Assembly: GCA_035533975.1 (NCBI GenBank)
Contig: DATLSU010000020.1
Coordinates: forward strand, 37,181-77,180
DNA from: Patescibacteria group bacterium
GTDB lineage: Bacteria; Acidobacteriota; Terriglobia; Acidiferrales; UBA7541
Reading direction: 5' to 3'
Length of the DNA: 40,000 nt
Positions 1 through 8,607 of the stretch are shown here, piece by piece. Each line of letters starts with the position of its first letter. The stretch's first letter is position 1. The position numbers were made by a program, and so were the translations under genes. Under the pieces are notes generated by a model that saw nothing but the letters and a program-made list of their open reading frames with translations, ran no database searches and was not told the origin of the DNA.

Positions 1-1
1 C

Positions 2-385
2 TCGGGCGATTCCACCCGCGAAATTTTCGGTAGCGAGGCCCGCACCACTAACAACCGCATGGAACTTCGCGCGGCCATCGAAGGCCTCAATGCTCTGGGC
101 CGTCCTGGCCGAGTCACGGTCGTCACTGACTCGCAGTATCTCAAGAACGGAATCACGCAGTGGCTTCCCCGCTGGAAGGCCAACGGCTGGCAGAGAAAGT
201 CCGGCGGCGACGGCCGGCGCGGGGTGTTGAACAGGGATCTGTGGGAGGAACTCGACGCCGCTGCCTCCCGCCACACGGTCCGGTGGCAATGGGTCAGGGG
301 CCACGCCGATCATGCGGCAAATAATCGTGCCCACGACCTCGCTAGCGCCGCGGCCCGAACGGCCGGCCGAAACGGAAAAAGCTGA
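2..385 (+). CDS. rnhA: Ribonuclease HI, 5' end cut by window edge
   Basis: Reading frame is open from the window start. TTNNRMEL, TDSQYL and WVRGHADHAANNRAHDLA segments match RNase H1 catalytic motifs. Confidence 0.85.
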   Translation, partial: SGDSTREIFGSEARTTNNRMELRAAIEGLNALGRPGRVTVVTDSQYLKNGITQWLPRWKANGWQRKSGGDGRRGVLNRDLWEELDAAASRHTVRWQWVRGHADHAANNRAHDLASAAARTAGRNGKS

Positions 386-433
386 ACGGAGCGGATTCTG
401 CTATGCCGGCGCGGAGATTGCCCGGCCGCGGCG

Positions 434-2335
434 CTAGCGGTGCTTGGCGCGCGCCTTCAGAACATTGTTGTCCAGAAAGTCCGGGACGTTCTTTTCCCGC
501 ACCAGGATTGGATAACGCGAGCCGCCGTGATAGTCGATCGTGCACGTCTTGTTGTAGCCGTCGTTGAGCACGATCAGTTGGAGGGGTGCGGAATTCGTGC
601 TGCTGGCCGCGATCGCGTTCCGCAAAAGCGTGGGCGAAAATGCCCTGCCGTTCACTTCGATCACTTTCATTCCGGGCGTGATGCCGGCCTGGAACGCGGG
701 GCCGTTCCAGATCGAATCGTACACCGTCCCATCTCCACTGACACCGAGCCCGATGGAATAGAGGGCGTTCACGCCGCCCCCGTATCGCCGTTGCCCTCCG
801 CTGGGAGGCTGATCGGTGAATTCCAGTTTCCACCCCGCCGCTTCGACTCCGCCCAGTGGCGCCTGGGCTGATGTCGAATCCAGGCGCTCGTTGAGGAATG
901 TCGCCCAGTCGTAGGGAGCGACCTGGTTCAGCGCGCGGACCAGATCGTCGAAGGTGTAGGTTTCGAGTTGCGGTCCCTTGTTCGGACCGCCGAAGAACAG
1001 CTTGCAGAAATCATCGAGCGATTTCCGGCCGTGGGTCTGGCGGTTGATGATCGTGTCCACCTCCAGCCAAAGCAGATCCCCTTCTTCGTAGTAATCGGTT
1101 CCGCGCAGCCAGTTCATCCACCGGCCCGGATCCTCCTGTTCCATCGGTTCGGCGACCGCCGTATCCAGCAGCGGCCTCCAGGTTCGTCCGGGGCGCCCCG
1201 GCCCGAGCGATGCGGCGACTTCGGCCAGGTAGTGGTGGTAATCGTCCTTGGTCCACAAGCCGCTGCGCGTCGCCAGAACGTTGCCCCAAAAGTCGGTCAG
1301 TCCCTCGTAGACCCACAGCATGTCGGTTTTCTCGGGCACCTCGTAGTAGGGCGTACTCAGGTCGGCCGGGCGGCGGAATTTGCCGTTCCACGAGTGGGTG
1401 AATTCGTGCGCCAGCAAAGCGCCCACGTCGATCGCCGCGCTGGGCCCGGTCAACGTTCGTTCGGGCAGCCGGCTGTCGTCCGATTCGTGGTGTTCCAGGC
1501 CGAAATGCGAAACGTAATTGCTCAGCGTCAGCAGAAAGTGGTAGTCGCGGTAGTGCCGCGTGCCGAACAATTTCCCCGTTTCCGCCACCAGGTTCGTCAG
1601 GCCTTTGCGGACCTTCTTGCTCATGTCGAGGGCTTCCGGACTATCGGCCGCGATATCGATCTCGTGGTGGATGGGCTCGCCCGGCGGCGTCAGATCGATG
1701 GCCCGGTAATACTCGCCCGCGATCACCGGCGAATCGACCAGCCGGTTGAGCGAAACCGGCTGGAAGACGATCTGGTTTCCGGAATGGCTTTTGACCGCCA
1801 GCGCCGTGCCGAACTGCCAGCCGTCGGGCAGCACGAGCGTCGCGTCGAAGGTTTGATCCTGCGCGCGAATCGCCGCCAGATACAACAGGTCTTGATTCCA
1901 ATTCACGTCCACCAGCTTGTCGGTCGACGATACCCCTTCCGTGTATTCCCCGTGCGAGCCGCTCGGCTCGAGATATTGGAACGCGATATGCAGCCGGCTC
2001 ACTCCCGGCGGCACATCCAGATGGAAGGTCCACGCGTCGAGCAGATCGCGTTTCCACGGAATGGTTTTTCCGTTCGCGGTGAGCTTCAGGCCGGCGACGC
2101 TCATGACCGGTCCGTCGGGCGCGTGCTCGCCGGGAATCCATTTCGGGTAGTAAAGCGTCAGGGGGCCGGGACGCACCGGCACGTCCATTTCGGTGCGAAT
2201 GATTCCTTCCGGGGCCTGGCGGGCGTCGACGGTCAACTCGATCGTCGGCCCTGCCAGCGCAAACGCCGGCACGGCCAGAGCGAGCGACAGAGCCAGATAC
2301 AGGTATGAGAACAAACGAAATCGGGAACGGCACAT
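434..2335 (-). CDS. M61 family metallopeptidase (glycyl aminopeptidase-like) with C-terminal PDZ-like region, secreted
   Basis: HEFTHSWNGKFRRP zinc motif typical of M61. Signal-peptide-like N-terminus MCRSRFRLFSYLYLALSLALAVPAFA. Start chosen at ATG 2335, preceded by GAAGGAGGA. The longer ORF start at 2428 lacks an RBS. Confidence 0.85.
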   Translation of the reverse strand: MCRSRFRLFSYLYLALSLALAVPAFALAGPTIELTVDARQAPEGIIRTEMDVPVRPGPLTLYYPKWIPGEHAPDGPVMSVAGLKLTANGKTIPWKRDLLDAWTFHLDVPPGVSRLHIAFQYLEPSGSHGEYTEGVSSTDKLVDVNWNQDLLYLAAIRAQDQTFDATLVLPDGWQFGTALAVKSHSGNQIVFQPVSLNRLVDSPVIAGEYYRAIDLTPPGEPIHHEIDIAADSPEALDMSKKVRKGLTNLVAETGKLFGTRHYRDYHFLLTLSNYVSHFGLEHHESDDSRLPERTLTGPSAAIDVGALLAHEFTHSWNGKFRRPADLSTPYYEVPEKTDMLWVYEGLTDFWGNVLATRSGLWTKDDYHHYLAEVAASLGPGRPGRTWRPLLDTAVAEPMEQEDPGRWMNWLRGTDYYEEGDLLWLEVDTIINRQTHGRKSLDDFCKLFFGGPNKGPQLETYTFDDLVRALNQVAPYDWATFLNERLDSTSAQAPLGGVEAAGWKLEFTDQPPSGGQRRYGGGVNALYSIGLGVSGDGTVYDSIWNGPAFQAGITPGMKVIEVNGRAFSPTLLRNAIAASSTNSAPLQLIVLNDGYNKTCTIDYHGGSRYPILVREKNVPDFLDNNVLKARAKHR

Positions 2336-2433
2336 GCGGGATCCTCCTTCCCGTGCGGCGAGACGCGTTGTAGCAATTGGAGACGATACCGCGCAGCAGG
2401 CCGCAACGATGTTAGGCTTCGTTTCCAACCCCC

Positions 2434-2447
2434 GTCAACGCGAGCAG
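2434..2447. repeat. Left target-site duplication, gtcaacgcgagcag
   Basis: Identical 14-mer in direct orientation at 15795-15808, immediately outside the inverted repeats. Length is ambiguous at 14-17 bp because ccc precedes both copies. Confidence 0.75.
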
Positions 2448-2480
2448 GGGATAGGAGATAGAGCCGCGCAAAACCGGCCC
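2448..2480 (+). repeat. Left terminal inverted repeat of casposon-like element
   Basis: gggataggagatagagccgcgcaaaaccggccc matches the reverse complement of 15762-15794 at 29 of 33 positions, the first 17 perfectly. Weaker similarity continues about 40 nt inward. Confidence 0.75.
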
Positions 2481-2558
2481 TCAACATGTCGTGGGTCGGC
2501 GGCTGGGCGGACGCAAGGGAGGAATTGCACTGGGCAAGCATGCGAGAAGTATGGTGCG

Positions 2559-2975
2559 TTATGGCAGAAAATAGCATGGAAATCGCATGCTTATTCCCAA
2601 CCGCTCTGGAAGTTGCATCCTCGTGACTTTTTCAATCACAGGTGGCAAGTCTATGTGGTAATTCTGGGACAGCTGAAACGCTGCTTCATTATAGAATTCA
2701 ACCACCTGAAAATTGCTACCGAATCTCCTCTCAAACGTGTTGTCATCATAAAATGCAAATGGATCAAGAAAATACACCTCGACCATCCCCTTAATCACCA
2801 ATCCGCGTTCAGCAGCACTCGCTAGCGGACCAAACCGTTGACGCAGCAACATCATAGTTTTCAGATTGTCTTCCGAAAGGCGCATGGTGCGATATTGCGC
2901 ACCGTTCAGGATGTCCTCACGAGTGAAACCTATGACAGAAAAAACATCTGCATTCTTAAACTCAGGTTCTGCCAT
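2559..2975 (-). CDS. Hypothetical protein, 138 aa, last gene of the leftward operon
   Basis: ATG start with GGGAG upstream. Lies 27 nt downstream of the HEPN gene on the same strand. No motif recognised. Confidence 0.55.
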   Translation of the reverse strand: MAEPEFKNADVFSVIGFTREDILNGAQYRTMRLSEDNLKTMMLLRQRFGPLASAAERGLVIKGMVEVYFLDPFAFYDDNTFERRFGSNFQVVEFYNEAAFQLSQNYHIDLPPVIEKVTRMQLPERLGISMRFPCYFLP

Positions 2976-3002
2976 TTGCTCTATACTCCCATGCGGCGAA
3001 TG

Positions 3003-3731
3003 TCAGTCAAGGTTTTCCCTAAGAAGACTATCTAAATCACTTTCATTTCGTAGGCGCTCCCCGGTTTCGGCATCTAAGGCTGCGAGAGACAATCTATTGA
3101 GTATTTCTTCCCGGTGATCTCTGCCGCGCAGGTAAAGCACAAAGAATCGAAGAATTGCCAGACGGATCGGAGAAGCCCACCGTTCGCATTCCTCATGTGT
3201 GACAAACTTGCCCTCAAGGTAAGGATCCACATCGTACTGGCCATGCACTAATTGACTTCTGCGTGAGTAGAACTTCTTTATTTCACGGAAAATGTTGGCT
3301 CTCTCTTCCGGTGTGGTTCCCACAAGCTGACTCACGCTCTGCGCAATGCGAAATGTGAATTCACTTTTGTCATTTGGCGAAAGTAGCGATTCGAGGGCAA
3401 TGGCTAAACTGATTAGTCTGTCGGCTGGCTTGTCCTGCGTGTGACTGAATTCAAAATAATCTCCGGCGCGATAACTGGACTGACGCAAGCTGCTACGGAG
3501 GTCGTTTATTCGATCAAGAAACTTCGGGTGCTGATATAGCGCCCACCAGCGGGTGACGGTATCTCGCTCATCTGCGTTAAGAGTGTAAAATCGACGACCG
3601 CCTTCATATGGGAAACGACGAGGATTCCCGATAAAGAAAACTCCCCACTTGCGGATTTGGTTGACCCATTCCGGCAGGAAGTGAGGCGCTGCATAATCAA
3701 TGTGAACTACTCCATCCTTGAAGTATTGCAA
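3003..3731 (-). CDS. HEPN domain protein (Apea/ApeA-like), probably the C-terminal part of a frameshifted ~470-aa gene
   Basis: LISLAIALESLL ... FRIAQSVSQLVG ... KKFYSRRSQLVHG contains the Rx4-6H HEPN motif in its usual helical context. The only start candidate is TTG, without an RBS. The frame opens directly at the A7 tract. Confidence 0.6.
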   Translation of the reverse strand: MQYFKDGVVHIDYAAPHFLPEWVNQIRKWGVFFIGNPRRFPYEGGRRFYTLNADERDTVTRWWALYQHPKFLDRINDLRSSLRQSSYRAGDYFEFSHTQDKPADRLISLAIALESLLSPNDKSEFTFRIAQSVSQLVGTTPEERANIFREIKKFYSRRSQLVHGQYDVDPYLEGKFVTHEECERWASPIRLAILRFFVLYLRGRDHREEILNRLSLAALDAETGERLRNESDLDSLLRENLD

Positions 3732-4420
3732 CGCGTGGAGGAAAAGCTCGGCCTTGTTTTTTTCTCAAATAGCCACTTGACGGGCTCTTCACACGGCCCT
3801 TCCTGTTCCGAGACGATGAAAAACTCACCCGTGCCAGGGGGATTGAAGAAGGATACCGCAGAGGTCTCGCCGAGTATTTTTGAGATGGTAGGGCCGCCGA
3901 GGCGCTCCATCCTCACGTCTCCGAATTTCAGACTCGGTTCTTCGGCATGAAAGTTGAACACGTGACACAGTGATATTGCCTTGAAGCGTCCCTCCCCATA
4001 AATGGTGGCATCAAATCGCTGAAAGAGTTCCTCCAATCTCTCCTGGGGTGCACCGTCGTTGATCAGCAATGCAGCAGGACTCACAAACCCGACATCGAGA
4101 CAGTGAGCGAGGGGACCGAGACCAACACAACATTCTCTTAATTGCCTATCTTGAGCCAATATATCCGAAAGCGTTGTCCGCACTCGGTCACCCTCGAATC
4201 CGGCAGTGGAGAATTGTCCGCGCCTAGTCTCCAGGAACTTGGCTTGTTCCGCATCAGCAGGCTCCATGACCCAAGGGAAAGCGAGATACAGAAATGGCGA
4301 GGCGGCATCTGGAATGATTGTTTCTGTCCGCGTTTTGATGGTTGCCACCACGCGTGCCTGCGCGATGAGAAATTCTTTCAATTGTGAGTATTTCTCGGGG
4401 GTTGTATTAGTTGTGGACAT
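3707..4420 (-). CDS. Hypothetical protein, probable N-terminal part of the HEPN (ApeA-like) gene
   Basis: ATG start 50 nt downstream of the PolB stop. The ORF overlaps the HEPN ORF by 25 nt in another frame. Its tail after the A7 tract (TRPSFSSTRCNTSRME) looks like out-of-frame read-out. Confidence 0.55.
   Translation of the reverse strand: MSTTNTTPEKYSQLKEFLIAQARVVATIKTRTETIIPDAASPFLYLAFPWVMEPADAEQAKFLETRRGQFSTAGFEGDRVRTTLSDILAQDRQLRECCVGLGPLAHCLDVGFVSPAALLINDGAPQERLEELFQRFDATIYGEGRFKAISLCHVFNFHAEEPSLKFGDVRMERLGGPTISKILGETSAVSFFNPPGTGEFFIVSEQEGPCEEPVKWLFEKKTRPSFSSTRCNTSRME
3757..3763 (-). other. A7 homopolymer (minus strand GAG AAA AAA ACA) at the junction of the two ORFs; candidate -1 frameshift site or indel
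   Basis: In the -1 frame a TGA lies immediately 5' of the tract. After the tract that frame reads NKAELFLHALQYFKDG and continues into the HEPN ORF. Confidence 0.5.
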
Positions 4421-4470
4421 AGCATCACATTTCCTAACTTAAGATGAAAAGCCCAGCGCCGTATTCTACA

Positions 4471-7400
4471 TCAAGACTGGTTTATGGGCGTGTGTCCAGT
4501 TCTTCCCACTATATCGATGAGGCGCATCCGGTGTGATCGACGCGGCCTGCTCCGCGCGGCCCTGATCTCTTTCAGCGCACTCGGTGACATACCACTCTTT
4601 TTCACGAGGACCGACAGCGGTATTTTCTTCAACGCGGGCAGGATTGTCATTTGCCACTCATCCCGCTTGGGGTCCGGGTATTCGGTGTAAACCCCGCGCT
4701 CATCGTGAATCAGCCCGGCTTCTACATCTTCCAGACGGTTCGATTCTTTGCCGATACACTCGATGTGCTCAATTCGAATATGCCTTCGATACAACAGGCC
4801 AACGGTTTGTTTGACACAGGGGTTTCCGTTTGCATCGGCGCATTTTGATTCCGGGTGAAACTCGTATTCCTGCAAAACGTCGCCGTAGGTTTTGACGCGA
4901 GCGCAGTGCCTGGCGCCGTGGTGCCCTGCCGTTGTGATCCCGAATTCATTTCCCGAGTACAGGTCAGTCCAATCCATGCGCATCCATTTCATTGGATTTG
5001 ATTCGTATGGTGCGATGAGATGAAATCGTGCAGGGTCCACACCGACGGGATGGCCCAGGGGACTGATGTGGCACGTCAAAAGAAAATTGAACGGTTTGAT
5101 TTGGTCGCTGTATTTCTTGCTCTTGTTGAGCCGGGCAAAGGACCGCATAACGGTGGGGCTACTGATCGTCACGCGCCCCACGGCAGGTGATCCCTCGAAT
5201 CCCATTTTCCCCGTGCTCATGCCGAGCGAACGGCGCACGATGTTAAGCCACGCCTGCCTGATCCAGTCCCGGTCTTCACTCTCGGGATCGGTCGGATTCA
5301 ACAGATGCCCGAGGCCATGCTCTGACCATCGAAGCAACACAGGTTCACCCCCGCCATCCTGCAGAAAGAGTGCGTATCGTTTGGCTGAAATTGCCAAGCA
5401 GTACAGCTGCCGCTGACGACCAGTTTTCGGATCGAAATTGTCATCTTCTATTTTGAGAACGGACCCCGGCACTGCGCTGCGGTCGTAAGGGTTGAGCGCA
5501 GCGAAGCTCTCAGCAATCTCTCTCACTTGTGCCCATGACAAGGCCTTGATGGCTTCGCGGCCATCCTGCATCTGATACGGTCCACCAGGACATGGCACAA
5601 GTCCTCCATGCTCAGTGACCACAATCGCCATTGAATCTGTATCCTCCATCGCGTTCGTGCCACCCAATTCAGTGACTGAGTGTTCCAATAAGGCCAACAT
5701 GAGACGTGCCGCGCCTGTAATCAGCGAAGCGAGTGGAGGGAAGCAATATTCGCCCGGCACCTCTGGGTGAGCGACACGGCAGGCGAAGGGGTCTGCGTCA
5801 ATCCCGTGGCACGTCACGTTTGACTCTCGGTCAGCTTCTTGGCGGTTCATCTCCGCATAGATTCCATAGCTGGTCGAATTCGCGAGGACTTTTAGCGCTT
5901 TATCGAGCCGTCTTTTCTCAATGTCGGTGAGGTCGGAACGTGATGACAAGTGTTTCCGTTCCTCGATTACGACTCTGAAAAAATCCTCACGTCTGGGATC
6001 GACTTCGATAGCACCACGCAGCTTCACAGGCGCGAGGCCTGGAAGCGTACCTTGAGGCTCCATACGGAAGGCATCGACAATTTTGGGTATGCGCCCGGTC
6101 AAAAGCACAGACGCGACAACATCCGGGAGTGAGAACCACAACGCCACGCTGTCCTCGCTGCCCTTGGCGTAGAGATGATTGATGCCAATCTGCCAATCGT
6201 TGCCTCCTGTGCCGTATCTCGCCCGCGTCGGCAAAATATCCCCATTCGGAATGACTTTCACGAACGCAGGCAAGCGTAGCCACGTCTCGGGCTTGAAAAG
6301 ATCGGCAGGCTTCAAATGTCTTAGGAATTCCTCAATTTCACTTTGGCAGTGCTCGACAACCTTAACCTCGTTCGCTATGACGTATTGCCAAAGCCCCATG
6401 AGGCTGTTGACCGTGGGATACATCGAAAGAAAATCCACGTATACAACCGGAACCGGCACTTTGCGGATGTGGGCGCTGGCACGTCCACCGAAGAAAGCAG
6501 ACTGTGCGTATCCCAAATATTTCCTGGGAAAATCTGGCTGTCTTTCAAGGATGGGGATGATCCCCATGGCCCGCAGGTATGCCTTCCCGATGGAAGCAGG
6601 AGAATACGCCCTTGTGGCCTGAAGACTGATCGGATGTTTTTGATACTCTTCGATCAGCTTGCACGCCAATTCAGATGTTGCCAGAACGTCGCGCCGGTTG
6701 TAATCGATGTATTCCTCAGTGACTTCTCCGTGATGGTTTGTTTTCTGCTTTCCATGTGCGACACCGAACGCCTCGCACGCAGATTCCAGAGAATAGCCCC
6801 GGTCGGTTAGTGCAAATGCGAGTGTGCGCAAATCCAGCAAGTGACCGCGAAATTTATATCCCGGTTCAGGCTGACCGCTCGGCGATCCTTCGGGGATCAT
6901 ATCGGTCCGGTCCGCATTGTTCCGTGCTGTGAACCCCTTCAACGCACGCTTGCTATCGATCTGCTTGATGCCGATTCTGGGCCGGAAGTGATTTGTTCTT
7001 TGTCGCCCGTTCTTGTCCGTGTATTGCCACATGCCAAGTGAAAAGCCGCCAGCGAATCGGCCCCGCGCCGGTGCACAATCGTGGGCGATTCGCGACAGGT
7101 CAAACGGCTGATTGAAGGCAACGACAAGACATCGGCCTTTGTATGCAGCGAAATAAAGCACGTCCAGGAACTCGTTCAGGGATAACAAGCGCAGTTCCGG
7201 TCTGCCTTCCTGACACGTCTCGGCTCGGTGCGTTGCAACGTAGCGTTCCAGGATTTCGCGTTCCTTCGCTGGCAGTTCATCGGCGTATAAAAGTCCCTCT
7301 TCCAAGCATTCCCCGTTTACGAAAAACCGATAGCTTCCAAACGTCAAGCGTTGGGTGGGGTCGGTGCGTGTTTCTGTGTCGAAGACAAGCATTGCGGAAG

Positions 7401-7503
7401 GCAATTCGGGTGCCTGCTGTTTTCTGTTACTCCCTTTCGCGTCCGGTGGCTCCGGGTAAACGCGAACGGCAATAGGTAGCGATATTGGCTGATGAATCGA
7501 CAT
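4471..7503 (-). CDS. Family B DNA polymerase with 3'-5' exonuclease domain, 1010 aa
   Basis: ExoI MLVFDTET (D42, E44). ExoII NQPFDLSRI. ExoIII YIDYNRRDVLAT. Motif A DFLSMYPTVN. Motif B KVLANSTSYGIYAE. Motif C AMEDTDSMAIV. KxY-like AISAKRYALF. Confidence 0.9.
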   Translation of the reverse strand: MSIHQPISLPIAVRVYPEPPDAKGSNRKQQAPELPSAMLVFDTETRTDPTQRLTFGSYRFFVNGECLEEGLLYADELPAKEREILERYVATHRAETCQEGRPELRLLSLNEFLDVLYFAAYKGRCLVVAFNQPFDLSRIAHDCAPARGRFAGGFSLGMWQYTDKNGRQRTNHFRPRIGIKQIDSKRALKGFTARNNADRTDMIPEGSPSGQPEPGYKFRGHLLDLRTLAFALTDRGYSLESACEAFGVAHGKQKTNHHGEVTEEYIDYNRRDVLATSELACKLIEEYQKHPISLQATRAYSPASIGKAYLRAMGIIPILERQPDFPRKYLGYAQSAFFGGRASAHIRKVPVPVVYVDFLSMYPTVNSLMGLWQYVIANEVKVVEHCQSEIEEFLRHLKPADLFKPETWLRLPAFVKVIPNGDILPTRARYGTGGNDWQIGINHLYAKGSEDSVALWFSLPDVVASVLLTGRIPKIVDAFRMEPQGTLPGLAPVKLRGAIEVDPRREDFFRVVIEERKHLSSRSDLTDIEKRRLDKALKVLANSTSYGIYAEMNRQEADRESNVTCHGIDADPFACRVAHPEVPGEYCFPPLASLITGAARLMLALLEHSVTELGGTNAMEDTDSMAIVVTEHGGLVPCPGGPYQMQDGREAIKALSWAQVREIAESFAALNPYDRSAVPGSVLKIEDDNFDPKTGRQRQLYCLAISAKRYALFLQDGGGEPVLLRWSEHGLGHLLNPTDPESEDRDWIRQAWLNIVRRSLGMSTGKMGFEGSPAVGRVTISSPTVMRSFARLNKSKKYSDQIKPFNFLLTCHISPLGHPVGVDPARFHLIAPYESNPMKWMRMDWTDLYSGNEFGITTAGHHGARHCARVKTYGDVLQEYEFHPESKCADANGNPCVKQTVGLLYRRHIRIEHIECIGKESNRLEDVEAGLIHDERGVYTEYPDPKRDEWQMTILPALKKIPLSVLVKKSGMSPSALKEIRAARSRPRRSHRMRLIDIVGRTGHTPINQS

Positions 7504-7507
7504 TCGC

Positions 7508-8008
7508 TTAACGCCTGGGTGTGAATTTTCTTAGGTCAGTCTTCTCCCACCATCCCGGCCCGTGCTGTTCAACCATCGATGCGTTATACGTTTCAAGCAT
7601 GTTTGCAATCCGAAGGAGCAATTCCTTCATGAGATAAACGAGAGTGTCTACAAAGCCCCGGATGGACGCGGCTGCCGCAAGCACCGGATTTCCGTCCGGG
7701 TTTTCCAGAGTGTCTTTTGGCCAGTCGTGTTGGGCTGGGCTCAGGACCGCACGGTGATCATTGACCGGCACGGGGACGGTCGCATTGCTATTCGACTTGC
7801 CCGCGACGTGGTGCGCATCGCATATGCTCTTCCCCTGCCCCTTCCGCTGGCAGGCTGCGCAGATGGTGGGGTTGCTTCCCTTTATGAGTGCTTCCGGTCG
7901 GCTCTCACCGCACGCGCATTTCTTGCCCGCTCCGATCCGCCGCGCCGCACTAGCTTTGCGCTGGTATTTTCTGATTGGATTACGCGGTGGTGGTTCCTTC
8001 GGCATCAT
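7508..8008 (-). CDS. HNH-type nuclease, 166 aa
   Basis: CACG...CAAC cysteine pairs followed by DAHHVAGKSNSNATVPVPVNDHR (an HH...N...H pattern). Start ATGATG overlaps the upstream stop (ATGA). Stop lies 4 nt before the PolB ATG. Confidence 0.6.
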   Translation of the reverse strand: MMPKEPPPRNPIRKYQRKASAARRIGAGKKCACGESRPEALIKGSNPTICAACQRKGQGKSICDAHHVAGKSNSNATVPVPVNDHRAVLSPAQHDWPKDTLENPDGNPVLAAAASIRGFVDTLVYLMKELLLRIANMLETYNASMVEQHGPGWWEKTDLRKFTPRR

Positions 8009-8550
8009 GCAACCCCCGCATAGAGAGATTCGAACGACAAAGCGCCAGCCGACGCCAGTCGGTCCAGAACTTCCAGATCGGTCAGCAGTGGGATTCGCTT
8101 TCGGCTGGCGTCCATGATGCGCTTCTTCCTGAATTTCTCCAGAGCTGACGCATCCCCCGTTTGCAGATATTTCTGAACGGCTGCCCAATACTGACCAAGA
8201 CGGCTCGCCTGCCGAGAATCGCGAAGGGCAATTTCTCTCACCCCCTCAGGGGAAGGAATGGTGAGGACCCGAAGCAGCGTATCAGTGGGTCTTGCTGCGT
8301 ACCGCCCATTGCGGCCCTTGCGCAAGGCAGGCTTGGCCCAGCGGATCACCGTGCGCGGACCAAGACCAAATTCCTGGGACGCCTGTGTGAGCGACACCCC
8401 GTCGGCTCGCATCTTTGAGACCGCGTGGGTGATGCGGTTCCAGCGGTCTTGGGATCGGGCAGGCATGGCGGAAAATTGCTTTAGAGTTCGCGGTGCTACA
8501 AGCCGAATTCTCGTTGACCGACGTTTGCGATTTTTTCTTTTTGCTTTCAT
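8005..8550 (-). CDS. HTH DNA-binding protein with basic N-terminus, first gene of the leftward operon
   Basis: MKAKRKNRKRR basic tail. HTH-like segment VSLTQASQEFGLGPRTVIRW. Start set at the internal ATG 8550. Confidence 0.6.
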   Translation of the reverse strand: MKAKRKNRKRRSTRIRLVAPRTLKQFSAMPARSQDRWNRITHAVSKMRADGVSLTQASQEFGLGPRTVIRWAKPALRKGRNGRYAARPTDTLLRVLTIPSPEGVREIALRDSRQASRLGQYWAAVQKYLQTGDASALEKFRKKRIMDASRKRIPLLTDLEVLDRLASAGALSFESLYAGVA

Positions 8551-8607
8551 GCAGACAGGTTTTCGCGAACGCGAGGTAAACTCAATCAAGCGTCATTGTA
8601 TTTGGGG

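Noticed and set aside
968-2308. Long antisense ORFs opposite well-supported genes (for example 968-2308, 20912-22033, 22118-23374, 24021-25016, 25194-26156, 30652-32310, 35062-36258, 38663-39973)
   Set aside because: They show the typical high-GC shadow-ORF composition (Arg/Gly/Ala/Pro rich) with no motifs. Each fully overlaps a gene with clear family signatures on the other strand.
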